From positions 1 through 64,000 of the forward strand of contig JAUVXW010000017.1 of the NCBI GenBank assembly GCA_030603385.1: 64,000 bases of DNA, written 5' to 3'. Shown piece after piece: positions 21,524 to 31,918 of this stretch. Each line of letters begins with the position of its first letter. The stretch's first letter is position 1. Below the pieces are notes generated by a model. It did no database searches. It had not been told where the DNA came from and saw only the letters and a list, made by a program, of their open reading frames with translations. Both the position numbers and the translations under genes were made by a program. The DNA is from Promethearchaeota archaeon. GTDB lineage: Archaea > Asgardarchaeota > Lokiarchaeia > Sigyniarchaeales > SOKP01.

Positions 21524-22507
21524 ATGAGTAATCAAAATAAAAACAACACTTCTATTTTTTTTGCTGGACATTTTGCTGTAGATAATGTTATTAGATTTAA
21601 ACGCTTAAGCAAGGCTACATTGGGAGGGGGTGTGTGCTACTGTTCTTTAGCCCTAAGAACCTATGTTCAAGATGTTAAAATAAGTATTATTTCTCATATA
21701 GGTAAAAAAAATTTTGATAACTCTTTGTTGGACGTTGTAAAGAATAAAAATATTGACTTAAGAGGGATAAAATATTCTAAGGTAGAAAATACTAATTTTG
21801 TTTTAGACTATTTCGATCATGCTAGAACCCTAACTCTCAAATCAAGAAGTCCAAATCTTGAATTTAAAGACATCCCACAAGAATATCTAACTAATCCACC
21901 TGACGTTATTGTTTTAGTTCCGTTATGCAATGAAATATCATTTGAATATGTTTCACAAATATCAAAGAAATTTCCAAATGTATATATGGGAATTGATTTG
22001 CAGGGATTTATCAGAAATGTTGATGAAAACGGAAAAGTTTCATATATTTATAATAATCAAATTATTTCAAATCTTAATAAAATAATAGATTTGATTGGAG
22101 ATAGATTGATTCTTAAAGGATCAGAAGAAGAAATGAAACTATTGGCAAATGAATATAATGATCTTCACAACGTAATGGATTACTTTGAGAATTATGATAC
22201 AAATGGAATATTCATTATGACATTAGGAGAAAAAGGGTCAATGATTTATAAGAAAGGAAATCCAATATTAAGAATCCCAGCTTTTAAACCGAAAAAAGTC
22301 AATGACGAAACTGGTGCAGGAGATGTCTATTTTTCAATATTTCTATATGAAATTTCCCACTCTGATAAATCTTGGGATTTAATTAAAGAAGTAGCTTTTT
22401 TAGCATCTGCAGCTGCTTCGTTTCTAGTAGAAAAAAAGGGACCTTCAGGATTTGTAATAAAAAAGAAAGTATTAAAAAGAGTAAGAAGAAAAGATTATAT
22501 CAAATAG
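21524..22507 (+). CDS. PfkB/ribokinase family carbohydrate kinase
   Basis: GHFAVD, LGGG, MTLGEKGS and the anion hole DETGAGD. Confidence 0.88.
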   Translation: MSNQNKNNTSIFFAGHFAVDNVIRFKRLSKATLGGGVCYCSLALRTYVQDVKISIISHIGKKNFDNSLLDVVKNKNIDLRGIKYSKVENTNFVLDYFDHARTLTLKSRSPNLEFKDIPQEYLTNPPDVIVLVPLCNEISFEYVSQISKKFPNVYMGIDLQGFIRNVDENGKVSYIYNNQIISNLNKIIDLIGDRLILKGSEEEMKLLANEYNDLHNVMDYFENYDTNGIFIMTLGEKGSMIYKKGNPILRIPAFKPKKVNDETGAGDVYFSIFLYEISHSDKSWDLIKEVAFLASAAASFLVEKKGPSGFVIKKKVLKRVRRKDYIK

Positions 22508-22522
22508 AATAGGTGGATTTTC

Positions 22523-23113
22523 ATACATATAAACTTGCATTTTGGTATTGGAATAATTATTGCTTCTATTTCTAAATACTTTTTGGATCTGAACTTTATG
22601 GAATTTTTCATAATAGTATTATTTGCATTTGTGTGTGATTTTGACATATTTTTATGTAAGTTCGCATTAGACAACAATCATAGAATGTTGATTACTCATT
22701 CAATTATCCCTGGAATAATTATCACAATTTTAGGATTAATCTTTAATTGGACTGTTCTGATAATTAGTGGTCTTACTTACTCAATTCATATTATCATTGA
22801 CACTTTTGACTGGGGTACCAACTTCTTTTATTTTCAAAAAAAACAAGTAGGTCTTAAATTATTAATTACAAAAGACGAGTTTAACAATATTTCTAAATAT
22901 CTATCTCAATTTAAGAGACCAGAATCCTTTTTTGATAAAAAATATTATGGTAATGTCACTTGTTTAATAACAGAAGTACTGATTTTCATTCTAATGATAT
23001 TACTCATTACACTTTTTGCGTTAAAGTACTTCTTAATTATTACAATTTATTTCATCTTTCTTGTGTTCCATTTACAACGTCATTTCATTTTGAAAAAAAT
23101 TGAATCAAACTAA
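22523..23113 (+). CDS. Membrane-bound metal-dependent hydrolase (YdjM-like); proposed ATA start at 22523 (ORF track TTG 22535)
   Basis: N-terminal H, DFD, HRMLITHS and HIIID motifs in a multi-TM protein. Confidence 0.7.
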   Translation: MHINLHFGIGIIIASISKYFLDLNFMEFFIIVLFAFVCDFDIFLCKFALDNNHRMLITHSIIPGIIITILGLIFNWTVLIISGLTYSIHIIIDTFDWGTNFFYFQKKQVGLKLLITKDEFNNISKYLSQFKRPESFFDKKYYGNVTCLITEVLIFILMILLITLFALKYFLIITIYFIFLVFHLQRHFILKKIESN

Positions 23114-23209
23114 TTGGAAATTTATTAAATTCTTATTATATAATAAAAAATAAACATTAATTTTTTCTATTGCAATTTATTCATTTCTAGCTAAATGTAG
23201 GTGATTATT

Positions 23210-23677
23210 ATTTCAAATGATATTAAAACAAAAGTTGGGATTAAATTGGACGAATCCGAATCTCAGATGATATTTAAATGCGATTTAGGGAATTTGAAGG
23301 TTAAGGATTGTTATATTGATGAAGAACATCGTGAAGAAGTTGACATGCTTGGTCCTAATCCCTCACGATTATTAGCTTTAGGTGTTTTAGGATGCTTAAG
23401 TGCAAGCTTTATCTTTTGCATAAAAAAGAGGAATTTTAAAGTGGATGATTTTACAGCTGAAGCGGAGGTTGTTATCACTCGAAATGAGAAAGGTTTTTGG
23501 AGAATTAAAAAGATTGATGTTAATATACTGCCAAAAATAACAGATCCTGACACTCTCAAAAGGGCAAAACAATGCTTAAAATCTGCAAAAGATGGTGTAA
23601 GTTTTTTCGAACAATATTGTATTGTTACACAATCAGTAAGATCTGGAATTGAAGTAAATGTAAATCTTGATCTATAA
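23210..23677 (+). CDS. OsmC/Ohr-like protein (paralog 1); proposed ATT start at 23210 (ORF track GTG 23201)
   Basis: GPNPSRLLALGVLGCL...YCIVTQS, with two conserved Cys. Confidence 0.85.
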   Translation: MSNDIKTKVGIKLDESESQMIFKCDLGNLKVKDCYIDEEHREEVDMLGPNPSRLLALGVLGCLSASFIFCIKKRNFKVDDFTAEAEVVITRNEKGFWRIKKIDVNILPKITDPDTLKRAKQCLKSAKDGVSFFEQYCIVTQSVRSGIEVNVNLDL

Positions 23678-23724
23678 TTATAATTTATTTTTAGAAAAAA
23701 AATCCATAGAAACGATGATTTTAT

Positions 23725-24162
23725 ATGTCAAACGTGTTAAAGACTAAAGTTGGTTTAAAACAAGAAGAAGAAATGATTTTTAGATGTGATCTTGGAAACC
23801 TTAAAATGGATAATCTATATATTGATGAAAAAAATATAAAAGAAAATGAAAAAATAGGGACTTCCCCTACTAAATTATTAGCATTATCTGTTCTAGGTTG
23901 TTTAGCTGCAAGTTTTTCATTTTGTCTTCAAAAGAAAAATTTTTCATTATCGGGATTAGAAGGAAAAGCTGAAGTTACAATCGCTAGAAATGACAAAGGA
24001 TTCTGGAGAGTTAAGAAGATTGATGTAGAAATGAACCCTAAAATTGATACTCCTGAAATGCGTAAAAGAGCAGATCAATGTAGAAAGTTTTTCGAGCAAT
24101 ATTGTATTATCTCAGAATCTTTAAGAACTGGATTCGAAGTGAGTGTCAATCTAAATTATTGA
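23725..24162 (+). CDS. OsmC/Ohr-like protein (paralog 2)
   Basis: GTSPTKLLALSVLGCL...YCIISESL; tandem duplicate of the previous gene. Confidence 0.87.
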   Translation: MSNVLKTKVGLKQEEEMIFRCDLGNLKMDNLYIDEKNIKENEKIGTSPTKLLALSVLGCLAASFSFCLQKKNFSLSGLEGKAEVTIARNDKGFWRVKKIDVEMNPKIDTPEMRKRADQCRKFFEQYCIISESLRTGFEVSVNLNY

Positions 24163-24210
24163 TTCTATTCTATAAGTGAAATCCCCGAGAAGTAGTAAAA
24201 CTTCTCGTTT

Positions 24211-25209
24211 TTAATCTTTTATACCTTCTTCAGTAATAGTAAAAACGGTATCGCTCTCAGGTATATTTGGAGCATCAACAACCTTTGCAATTCGTTGTTC
24301 TCCTTTTCCTTTTCTTAGAAACACGCGAATTGTTGCCCCATGAGCTACAATATGGCCGCCTGTATGTATTAAGGGATTTCCATAAAAAACATCTGGTCTA
24401 GCAGATACTTGATTAGTAAAAAGTACAGCTAACTCATCATATACCTCAGATAATCTTAAAAGATCATGTAGATGAGTATTTATAATCTGTTGACGTGATG
24501 CTAAAGTCCCTCTTCCTACATATTCACTTCGAAAGTGTCCTATCAAGGAATCTACAATGATTAATTTGATGTTTTTTTCTTCGATTATCCTAGAAGCTTC
24601 TTTAATCAATAAGATTTGATGATCACTATTATAGGCTCTTCCAATAGTGATGTTCTTTAAAATTTCATTATAGTCTAAATCTAAAGCAGCTGACATCTGT
24701 ATTATTCTTTCGGGTCTGAAAGTGCCTTCAGTATCCACGTATAAGGGGTTTCCTTCAAGACCTCCTCTTTCATATTGTAGTTGTACATTTACACAAAGTT
24801 GATGAGCTAATTGAGTTTTTCCAGTGCGATATTCACCAAAAAGCTCAGTTAAAGCTCCTGGTTCAATACCCCCTCCTAATAGTTCATCAAAATTTTGACT
24901 TCCTGTGGTTAGTCTATTTAATAATTTACGTTTCTCCCAAATGAGATCAGCTGATTTAAATCCCATTTTCTCTACATCTTGAGCTGTTTTAACTAATTTT
25001 TCAGCTGTTTTTATGCCTAAACCCACTTCATCAGTTAATTTATTTAAGGGATACATCGCAAGTGTTCTAACTGATAAGATCCCTGCATCTTTTAACTTTT
25101 TTAGAGTTGCATCTCCAACTCCAGGCAGATCATTTAAACTATAAGAAGATTTTGATAAAGATTCTTTATCCTGACTGTCCTTATCTATACTACCTTTTTT
25201 TTTTGCCAT
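24211..25209 (-). CDS. radA: DNA repair/recombination protein RadA (Rad51-like)
   Basis: N-terminal HhH (DLPGVG), FxxA motif MGFKSA, Walker A GEYRTGKT, IIVDS, HFRSEYVGRG. Likely start is ATG 25209 (track 25248). Confidence 0.95.
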   Translation of the reverse strand: MAKKKGSIDKDSQDKESLSKSSYSLNDLPGVGDATLKKLKDAGILSVRTLAMYPLNKLTDEVGLGIKTAEKLVKTAQDVEKMGFKSADLIWEKRKLLNRLTTGSQNFDELLGGGIEPGALTELFGEYRTGKTQLAHQLCVNVQLQYERGGLEGNPLYVDTEGTFRPERIIQMSAALDLDYNEILKNITIGRAYNSDHQILLIKEASRIIEEKNIKLIIVDSLIGHFRSEYVGRGTLASRQQIINTHLHDLLRLSEVYDELAVLFTNQVSARPDVFYGNPLIHTGGHIVAHGATIRVFLRKGKGEQRIAKVVDAPNIPESDTVFTITEEGIKD

Positions 25210-25306
25210 TATTGAATATAAAGAATTATTACTATTTGAATTCCTCATAAAGTATTATTATATTATGAAATAAATATAAAAAATAATAATAAAAAGTATA
25301 TAGAAA

Positions 25307-25975
25307 TTATTTTATTTCCTTACCTGACCTCGTAATAAGCAATAAAACGATAAAAAGAATCACTGAAAATAGAAATGTCAATAAACCTACAGGGGTGTCA
25401 GTACCCCCAATCCATATAAAATCTAAATAGAGGAAAGGTAAGATAAATACAGCAACAAGCACGAATAATATTGGTAGTGGTGCCTCCTCATCTTTAATAT
25501 CAAGAATTAACGGTACAATAATAAGGATTATCATTAATGTAGCTACAATTTGGAACCCTAATACAACACCCTCTCTAAAAATTGCTGAATGAACATTTGG
25601 TAACCAAAAATATCCAACCTTTTCAGTGAAATCTTTCAAATCAGAATTGATGTCTGGTAAAATTGCACTGGCAATTAGTTGAATAAGGATCCCTAGAGTA
25701 AGATATAATAGAATCTCATTAATTTCTTTATCCTTTTTTAGATAAACTGCAATAGTATCACGCAATAAAGTAACAATCCATAAAGCAAAAAGAATTATAT
25801 ATGCGAAGAGAACATCGTATCCTAACCCCCAATAGATATTTACAGGAATGACCGCAACAATATAAGCTAAATAGGAAGCCTTCTCATTCCTACCGAATAA
25901 ATCAAATAAAAGAAAAATTGCAAATATGATAAAAAAAGTTACCAAAACTACATAAACACTAATATCAACTGCCAT
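25307..25975 (-). CDS. Hypothetical polytopic membrane protein
   Basis: 222 aa with about 7 hydrophobic segments; no recognised motif. Confidence 0.7.
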   Translation of the reverse strand: MAVDISVYVVLVTFFIIFAIFLLFDLFGRNEKASYLAYIVAVIPVNIYWGLGYDVLFAYIILFALWIVTLLRDTIAVYLKKDKEINEILLYLTLGILIQLIASAILPDINSDLKDFTEKVGYFWLPNVHSAIFREGVVLGFQIVATLMIILIIVPLILDIKDEEAPLPILFVLVAVFILPFLYLDFIWIGGTDTPVGLLTFLFSVILFIVLLLITRSGKEIK

Positions 25976-26129
25976 GATTTTATCATTTTTTTTTTGATCT
26001 TAAGTTATTATTATATTATTATATAATTAGTTCTATTTTTTTTAAATTTTTAATTCTATTTGTAGAAAAATTATCAGAAAAATCAATGAATAAATTGAAT
26101 TAGCTCCATATTATATTCTCAATTAAAAA

Positions 26130-27518
26130 TTAGAGTTTTGAAATTATCTTTTCTAACTTGTTTATCATTTTCTGTGCTTCATTTTTATCTTCAGATTCAG
26201 CAGATAAAAGTATCGCGTCCCTATGTAATGCGACTTTAATCAAAGCATAACCCTTATTATCAAAAATTTTTAATTCATTTATTATATCATGGTATCTATA
26301 CCCTGTTTCCTCTGCTACTTCCCTTAATCGATTATGTATGTTTTCAATAACATCTTGCGAGACTGCAATTGTTTTATTTATCTTAGTACCCTTTGGAAAT
26401 CCTCTTGTTAGTGAGCTTAGAAGGTCATCTTGAGCAGTCATTATCTCAAGAATTTTCAATAAGATAAAATTACCATCACTGAAAGGAGCAAATTCTGTGA
26501 AATAGAATTTTAATGTATCAGCAGCGGCAAAACAAGCCCTTTCTTCTCTAATTTGTCTAGAAATTTCTCCCGGATAATTCTCAACTTGCTTAATTGGAAA
26601 TCCGCTATCTTCAATAAATTTTTTCACCACAAGTGGGATTGAGGGGGTTGTTATAATTGTATTTGCTTTAGAATTCTGTATTCGTTTATCAAATGTCACA
26701 AATAACATTAGTAAATCTTCATAACTAATTTCCAAACCATTCTCATCAACAACTAATATTCTTGAGCCATCAACATCAAAACATACACCAAGATGACTAT
26801 TGGAAGCTTTGACAATATCCGCAGTGTTCCTAATGGTATTGATACTTGGTACTGGACTTGAAGATCTTTCACGATAATGGGTATTCAGTGCAATCACTTC
26901 AACACCAATATCATTTATTAAAAGAGGTGTAATCTTACCTGTAGGACCATATGAACAGTCTACAACAATTTTTAAATTTGCTTTCTTTATTTTCTTTTTA
27001 TCTACAAATTGCTGTAAAGATTTAATATATATGTCACTTGTTTGAGGAATTGCAGTTATTTGCCCTATTTCGTTCGGATTAACCCTTCTTACGTCTTTCG
27101 GATAGGTATTATAAGAATCAATTATCCGTTGGATTTCATTTTGCGAAAGCTCAATTCCTCCAGCATCTAAAAACCTAATACCAACATCTTCGCTATATAA
27201 ATGGCCTCCTGAAACATATACTCCTCCGCTTGCTCCAAATCGTCTAATTGTAAATTGTAGTAGAGGAAAAGTACAATCTGATAAGTTTAGAAGATTTATT
27301 CCAGTAGACATCAAACCCGATGTATATGCTCTTTTCAACATTATACTATCATTATGATAATCTCTTCCCATAACAATTGATTCATTTTGATTATTTATGC
27401 TACCATGAATAGACCCTATTGAACTTGATATTTCTGGTGTAAAAATATAATTTGCTCTACCTATAATTCTCCCGTTCTTATTTAATTCGTTGAGATTCTT
27501 TACTGGAATATTAGACAT
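26130..27518 (-). CDS. Alpha-D-phosphohexomutase (PGM/PMM)-fold protein with a degenerate active site
   Basis: GRDYH, IVVDCSYG and overall layout fit the family, but SHNP reads GHLY and DGDGDR reads DVDGSR. Confidence 0.85.
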   Translation of the reverse strand: MSNIPVKNLNELNKNGRIIGRANYIFTPEISSSIGSIHGSINNQNESIVMGRDYHNDSIMLKRAYTSGLMSTGINLLNLSDCTFPLLQFTIRRFGASGGVYVSGGHLYSEDVGIRFLDAGGIELSQNEIQRIIDSYNTYPKDVRRVNPNEIGQITAIPQTSDIYIKSLQQFVDKKKIKKANLKIVVDCSYGPTGKITPLLINDIGVEVIALNTHYRERSSSPVPSINTIRNTADIVKASNSHLGVCFDVDGSRILVVDENGLEISYEDLLMLFVTFDKRIQNSKANTIITTPSIPLVVKKFIEDSGFPIKQVENYPGEISRQIREERACFAAADTLKFYFTEFAPFSDGNFILLKILEIMTAQDDLLSSLTRGFPKGTKINKTIAVSQDVIENIHNRLREVAEETGYRYHDIINELKIFDNKGYALIKVALHRDAILLSAESEDKNEAQKMINKLEKIISKL

Positions 27519-27710
27519 TTAAAATTACTTCTTTGAATTTACGATTAACTTTCAATTGGAAATTGTATATTATACCTTACTTGACAAGAATATATAACTT
27601 TACCGATTTTTAAAAATTATCGTTTTCTTTTTAGTATATAAGATATGAAAAATTATAGACAAACAACAAATTCTCGGTAATTAAATTAAAACTAGGAAAA
27701 ATAAGGAATT

Positions 27711-29429
27711 ATGACTGAAATTTTGGGATCTTTCTGTTTTGTTTTGCACTCACATCTCCCGTGGGTTATAGGACATGGTGTATGGCCTCATGGAATGGAT
27801 TGGGTGAATGAAGCGGCTGCAGAAACATATATTCCACTTTTAATAGAATTATATAAACTTATAGATGATGGATATCATCCAAAACTTACTATTGGTATCA
27901 CACCAGTATTATGTGAAATGCTTCGTAATCCTAGATTTATAGATGGATTTCAAGGTTATCTAGAGGAAAAATATAATGCAGCCTTAAATGATTATGACTA
28001 TTTTACAGAAAATAAATATATTGATGGAAGAATCAAATTAACAAAGTGGTGGCAGGAGTTCTATGACCGAGTCAGAGACAATTTCTTAAATAGATTCAAT
28101 AAAGATATTTTGGGAGCATATAAAAAGCTGCAAGATATGGGACTTGTTGATATCATCACTTGTGGGGCAACTCATGGATACGCTCCATTACTTTCTAAAG
28201 ATTCATCAATTGATGCACAATATAAAACAGCAGTCGATAATTACAAACGTCATTTTGGGAGAGCTCCTACGGGTGCATGGTTACCTGAATGTGCCTATCG
28301 TCCAGGTTACCGATGGAAAAACCCTATAACAGGTGAAGAATATGATCGTCCTGGTGTGGAATATTTTCTTGCTAAAAATGGCTTGAAATACTTCTTTATA
28401 GATACTGCTTTACTGCTAGGTGGTAAATCACAGGGAGTTTATGCTGCTCGATTTCCTTTACTTGCTGAACTTTGGAAGCAATTTGAATCCCAATATGAAG
28501 AAATTCCAACTTCTTTTGAAAAATCTCAATATGAGCCATATTTAGTGTCTACTGATCCCAGCACTCCTGGTCCTGTTGGGTTTTTTACAAGAGATGAAAA
28601 AACAGGAATTGTGGTATGGAGTGGAGAACACGGATATCCTGGTTGCGCAGAGTACTTGGACTTCCATAAGAAGCATTTTCCTGGAGGGATGAAATACTGG
28701 AAAGTTACCAGCCCAAAGCTCGATCTGGGCAAGAAGATGCTATATTGGCCTGATGATGTTCCAGCTAAACTAGATGAGAATGCTAGCCATTATGTTAATT
28801 TAACTAAGGATATATTACGCGATTTTAAAGGTAAATCTGGGAGACCTGGTATCGTTGTTGCTCCCTATGACGCTGAACTCTTCGGACACTGGTGGTTTGA
28901 GGGAAATTGGTGGATTGCTCGCGTTCTTCGATGGATGGAAGATGACCCAGAAATTGACTTGACAAATACAAGAATTTATTTAGAAAATAATCCCCCAAAT
29001 AAGGTAGTGAGTTTGATTGAAGGGTCATGGGGTCAAGCCTCTTCTCACTGGGTCTGGCTTAACGAATGGTGTGAATGGTGTTGGAAACTCATCTATGAAT
29101 GTGAAGCCAAGAGCGAAGATATTATAGCAAAATACAAAGACTCGCACGATCCGAACCTCATAAAGATTTTAAAACAAATGGCAAGAGAACTCCTACTTTT
29201 ACAAAGCTCCGATTGGGAATTCCTAATTACAACTTGGTCAGCTAGAGATTATGCAGAAAACCGAGTTTCATTACATTACGAAAATTTTAGTCGACTATAC
29301 GACATGGCCTCAAGGTATGGCGCGGGACAAAATATAGATGAAGGGGAGTGGCACTTTCTTGGTTCTATAGAAGCTAATGACGACTTATTTGAAGCGTTAG
29401 ACCTCGAACCTTTTGCAAAAAAATCCTAA
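27711..29429 (+). CDS. GH57 1,4-alpha-glucan branching enzyme (DUF1957 type)
   Basis: HSHLP, ETYIPL, WLPECAY (nucleophile), PYDAELFGHWWFEG (acid/base), QSSDWEF. Confidence 0.93.
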   Translation: MTEILGSFCFVLHSHLPWVIGHGVWPHGMDWVNEAAAETYIPLLIELYKLIDDGYHPKLTIGITPVLCEMLRNPRFIDGFQGYLEEKYNAALNDYDYFTENKYIDGRIKLTKWWQEFYDRVRDNFLNRFNKDILGAYKKLQDMGLVDIITCGATHGYAPLLSKDSSIDAQYKTAVDNYKRHFGRAPTGAWLPECAYRPGYRWKNPITGEEYDRPGVEYFLAKNGLKYFFIDTALLLGGKSQGVYAARFPLLAELWKQFESQYEEIPTSFEKSQYEPYLVSTDPSTPGPVGFFTRDEKTGIVVWSGEHGYPGCAEYLDFHKKHFPGGMKYWKVTSPKLDLGKKMLYWPDDVPAKLDENASHYVNLTKDILRDFKGKSGRPGIVVAPYDAELFGHWWFEGNWWIARVLRWMEDDPEIDLTNTRIYLENNPPNKVVSLIEGSWGQASSHWVWLNEWCEWCWKLIYECEAKSEDIIAKYKDSHDPNLIKILKQMARELLLLQSSDWEFLITTWSARDYAENRVSLHYENFSRLYDMASRYGAGQNIDEGEWHFLGSIEANDDLFEALDLEPFAKKS

Positions 29430-29450
29430 GAATTCTCATATTTTAAGATA

Positions 29451-31046
29451 TCAGGGTTCCTTTTTTCTGAAATAATCTATGTTGATCTCTTGAAAACATG
29501 AGTCAATTGATTCAATTTCTTCTAACTCTCTCAATGCGATTCTATTTTTATCATCAAAGTCTTTTGCAGCCCATATCAACTTAAGAAATCTTTGGTGATG
29601 ATGATGAAATCTCTGATTGGCATACTCTTTTGCTTGTTCAGTATAAAGAAGGAATGGCCAATCGCTACCTTCCATTAATAGTAATTCTCTAGCAATCTGG
29701 TTTAATATTCTTTTTTCCCAATTATTTGGATTCGGAATAATGTCCAAAACATCTTCAAATTCTTTAATTGAGCCACTTATATATGGCCATATCCAGCCAT
29801 GTTCTGGATTTTTCCACACTTCGAAGTGCCCTCCCATTCCCCAACTACTTTCCTTCAATTTAATTATCGAAAATTTGTCTTTATATCGAGATACGTAATC
29901 TGAAATAGAAGTCAATTCCACTTCTTCATTAATATTAATCAACTCAATAACTCTATTCAACCAATCAATACCCTCCGCGAACCAATGACCGAACAATTCA
30001 AAATCAAATGGGGAAATTACTATTCCTTTTTCATGATACTTCTCTGAAAAAGCTTGAACCTCAGTTTCTAAAATATTCACAAAATTGTTTACTTGAGATT
30101 CAACTACTTCTTTTGCCTTAACAATATTATAGAGTTGCTTATTATTTCCTTCAATGTTTTTACCAGTAATCCTCCAATAATGCAAACCAGATTCAAAATC
30201 TTTTATATGAAATTCTCTATAATATTCATTACCAGGATATCCAATTTTAGCATCCCAAATTTGTCTACTTGTGTTTTTGTTTCGTCCGAAAACTGAAACA
30301 CCAGTTTCTAAATTATAACCAAATTTTGTAGTTAAGCCTAAATCATTTTTTTGCCCAATAATTTCTGCATCAAGGATTCCATGGGAATCCACAAAAAAAT
30401 ATTCTATACCAGAATTATTTAACCAGTAATCAATACTCTCTCTAAATTTACCTTTCTTGTATTCTTTGGGCCGGTAAGCGCATTCGGGAAGCCAAATACC
30501 TTTAGGTTCACTACTAAAATGTTTTTTATGAGTATCTACAGCTAATTGAATTTGAGAAAATATTCCGGAATCACTTTCAAAAAGTGGTAAAAAACCGTGT
30601 GTTGCTCCGCATGTTATTAATTCAATCATTCCTTCATCTTGGAGCCATTTGAAGCTTCCTAAAATATCTGAATAGAAATTGTGATAAAAGGTATCTAATA
30701 CGTATTCAAAATTTTTTAAGTGAAAGGCAGCTATTGCTCTTCTTTGGGGGTGGTTTTCAAACCGTTTAATATCTTTTTGTGCTCGTGAAATTAGATTTTC
30801 CATATATTCTGAAAATTGTTGTTTCATATACTCATCTGCTAATTGTTCAGCCAATATTGGAGTCATATCTATAGTTATAGCTGTTTTTATTCCTTTTTCT
30901 TTAAGATCTCTCAAAACATTCAATAAAGGGATATAAGTCTCATTCATAGCTTCAAATAGCCATTCTTCTCCTGCAGGCCATCTTCCCGATCTTTTACACC
31001 ATGGAATATGCCCATGTAGAATTAAACCAAAATATCCAAGAGTCAT
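29451..31046 (-). CDS. GH57 branching-enzyme-like protein, second paralog
   Basis: HGHIP, ETYIPL, WLPECAY, PFDFELFGHWFAEG, EGSDWPF. Confidence 0.9.
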   Translation of the reverse strand: MTLGYFGLILHGHIPWCKRSGRWPAGEEWLFEAMNETYIPLLNVLRDLKEKGIKTAITIDMTPILAEQLADEYMKQQFSEYMENLISRAQKDIKRFENHPQRRAIAAFHLKNFEYVLDTFYHNFYSDILGSFKWLQDEGMIELITCGATHGFLPLFESDSGIFSQIQLAVDTHKKHFSSEPKGIWLPECAYRPKEYKKGKFRESIDYWLNNSGIEYFFVDSHGILDAEIIGQKNDLGLTTKFGYNLETGVSVFGRNKNTSRQIWDAKIGYPGNEYYREFHIKDFESGLHYWRITGKNIEGNNKQLYNIVKAKEVVESQVNNFVNILETEVQAFSEKYHEKGIVISPFDFELFGHWFAEGIDWLNRVIELININEEVELTSISDYVSRYKDKFSIIKLKESSWGMGGHFEVWKNPEHGWIWPYISGSIKEFEDVLDIIPNPNNWEKRILNQIARELLLMEGSDWPFLLYTEQAKEYANQRFHHHHQRFLKLIWAAKDFDDKNRIALRELEEIESIDSCFQEINIDYFRKKEP

Positions 31047-31129
31047 GGTTAAGAAATAATTATTATTAGAACTTTTTTATTATATTTGTAGTGTATTATT
31101 TTCGAGTTTTTAAAATTAATAGTTTATAT

Positions 31130-31807
31130 CTACTTTTTCTTCTTATTAGTCCTTCTTTCTAATATTCTATGTGAAAAATTCTCGAATTTTAAAAGAAAGT
31201 TATCTAAATCATTTTTTTTCATTCGTTCTCTTATAGTACAAAAACCAGAGCACAACCCCCAGTTGAACGGAGTTTCACATTTATAGCAAGAGCCTAGAAT
31301 ACCATAGGCATGATATATATTTAATACTATTATTATAACATAAAAAGTAATAAATGCTGTTCCTATATTTACACTTTTAGAGTAAGAGCGTCCCATTATC
31401 CAATTAAATAATAAGGCTGCTCCTAAACCTATAAGAAATTTTTGAATAATTTTCACTGCTTTATTTTTAGTAAGATTTAATGGGCTAAAGAAAAAAGTCC
31501 CTAAAAAGATCATGCTTAAAACAAAAAAAAAATCAGAATTGAAGAGTTCATTTTTATTAAAAATTCTAAGAAGGAGAAGTGTAATAATAGCTGTCGGATA
31601 ACCAATGAAACATCCTATACATAACTTTATTTTCCCACATTTTAGTGTATGCCCTTTGAAATTTTCACATTCTGGATGATGACTTAGAAAAAAAGGGATG
31701 AAACTTTTTCCATATAGTAAAGATTTTCTCAATCTGCTCTGCTTTTTCTTAGTACTACTAATTGAACTTATATTCTCTATTGGTTTATCATTATGGTTAT
31801 GGCTTAT
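31130..31807 (-). CDS. Membrane protein with His/Cys motifs (DUF2085-like); proposed ATA start at 31807 (ORF track TTG 31732)
   Basis: SHHPEC...GH...LCIGC, four TM segments, CYKC...CSGFC. Confidence 0.65.
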   Translation of the reverse strand: MSHNHNDKPIENISSISSTKKKQSRLRKSLLYGKSFIPFFLSHHPECENFKGHTLKCGKIKLCIGCFIGYPTAIITLLLLRIFNKNELFNSDFFFVLSMIFLGTFFFSPLNLTKNKAVKIIQKFLIGLGAALLFNWIMGRSYSKSVNIGTAFITFYVIIIVLNIYHAYGILGSCYKCETPFNWGLCSGFCTIRERMKKNDLDNFLLKFENFSHRILERRTNKKKK

Positions 31808-31918
31808 TTATTTCACCCTCAATTCTACACTTTTTAAAAAGAAATAATGTATTTCATAAACCTTAGAAAAAATATTTCATTGTCTTTGAGTATCTAATAA
31901 TTCTTGAAATTAAATATC

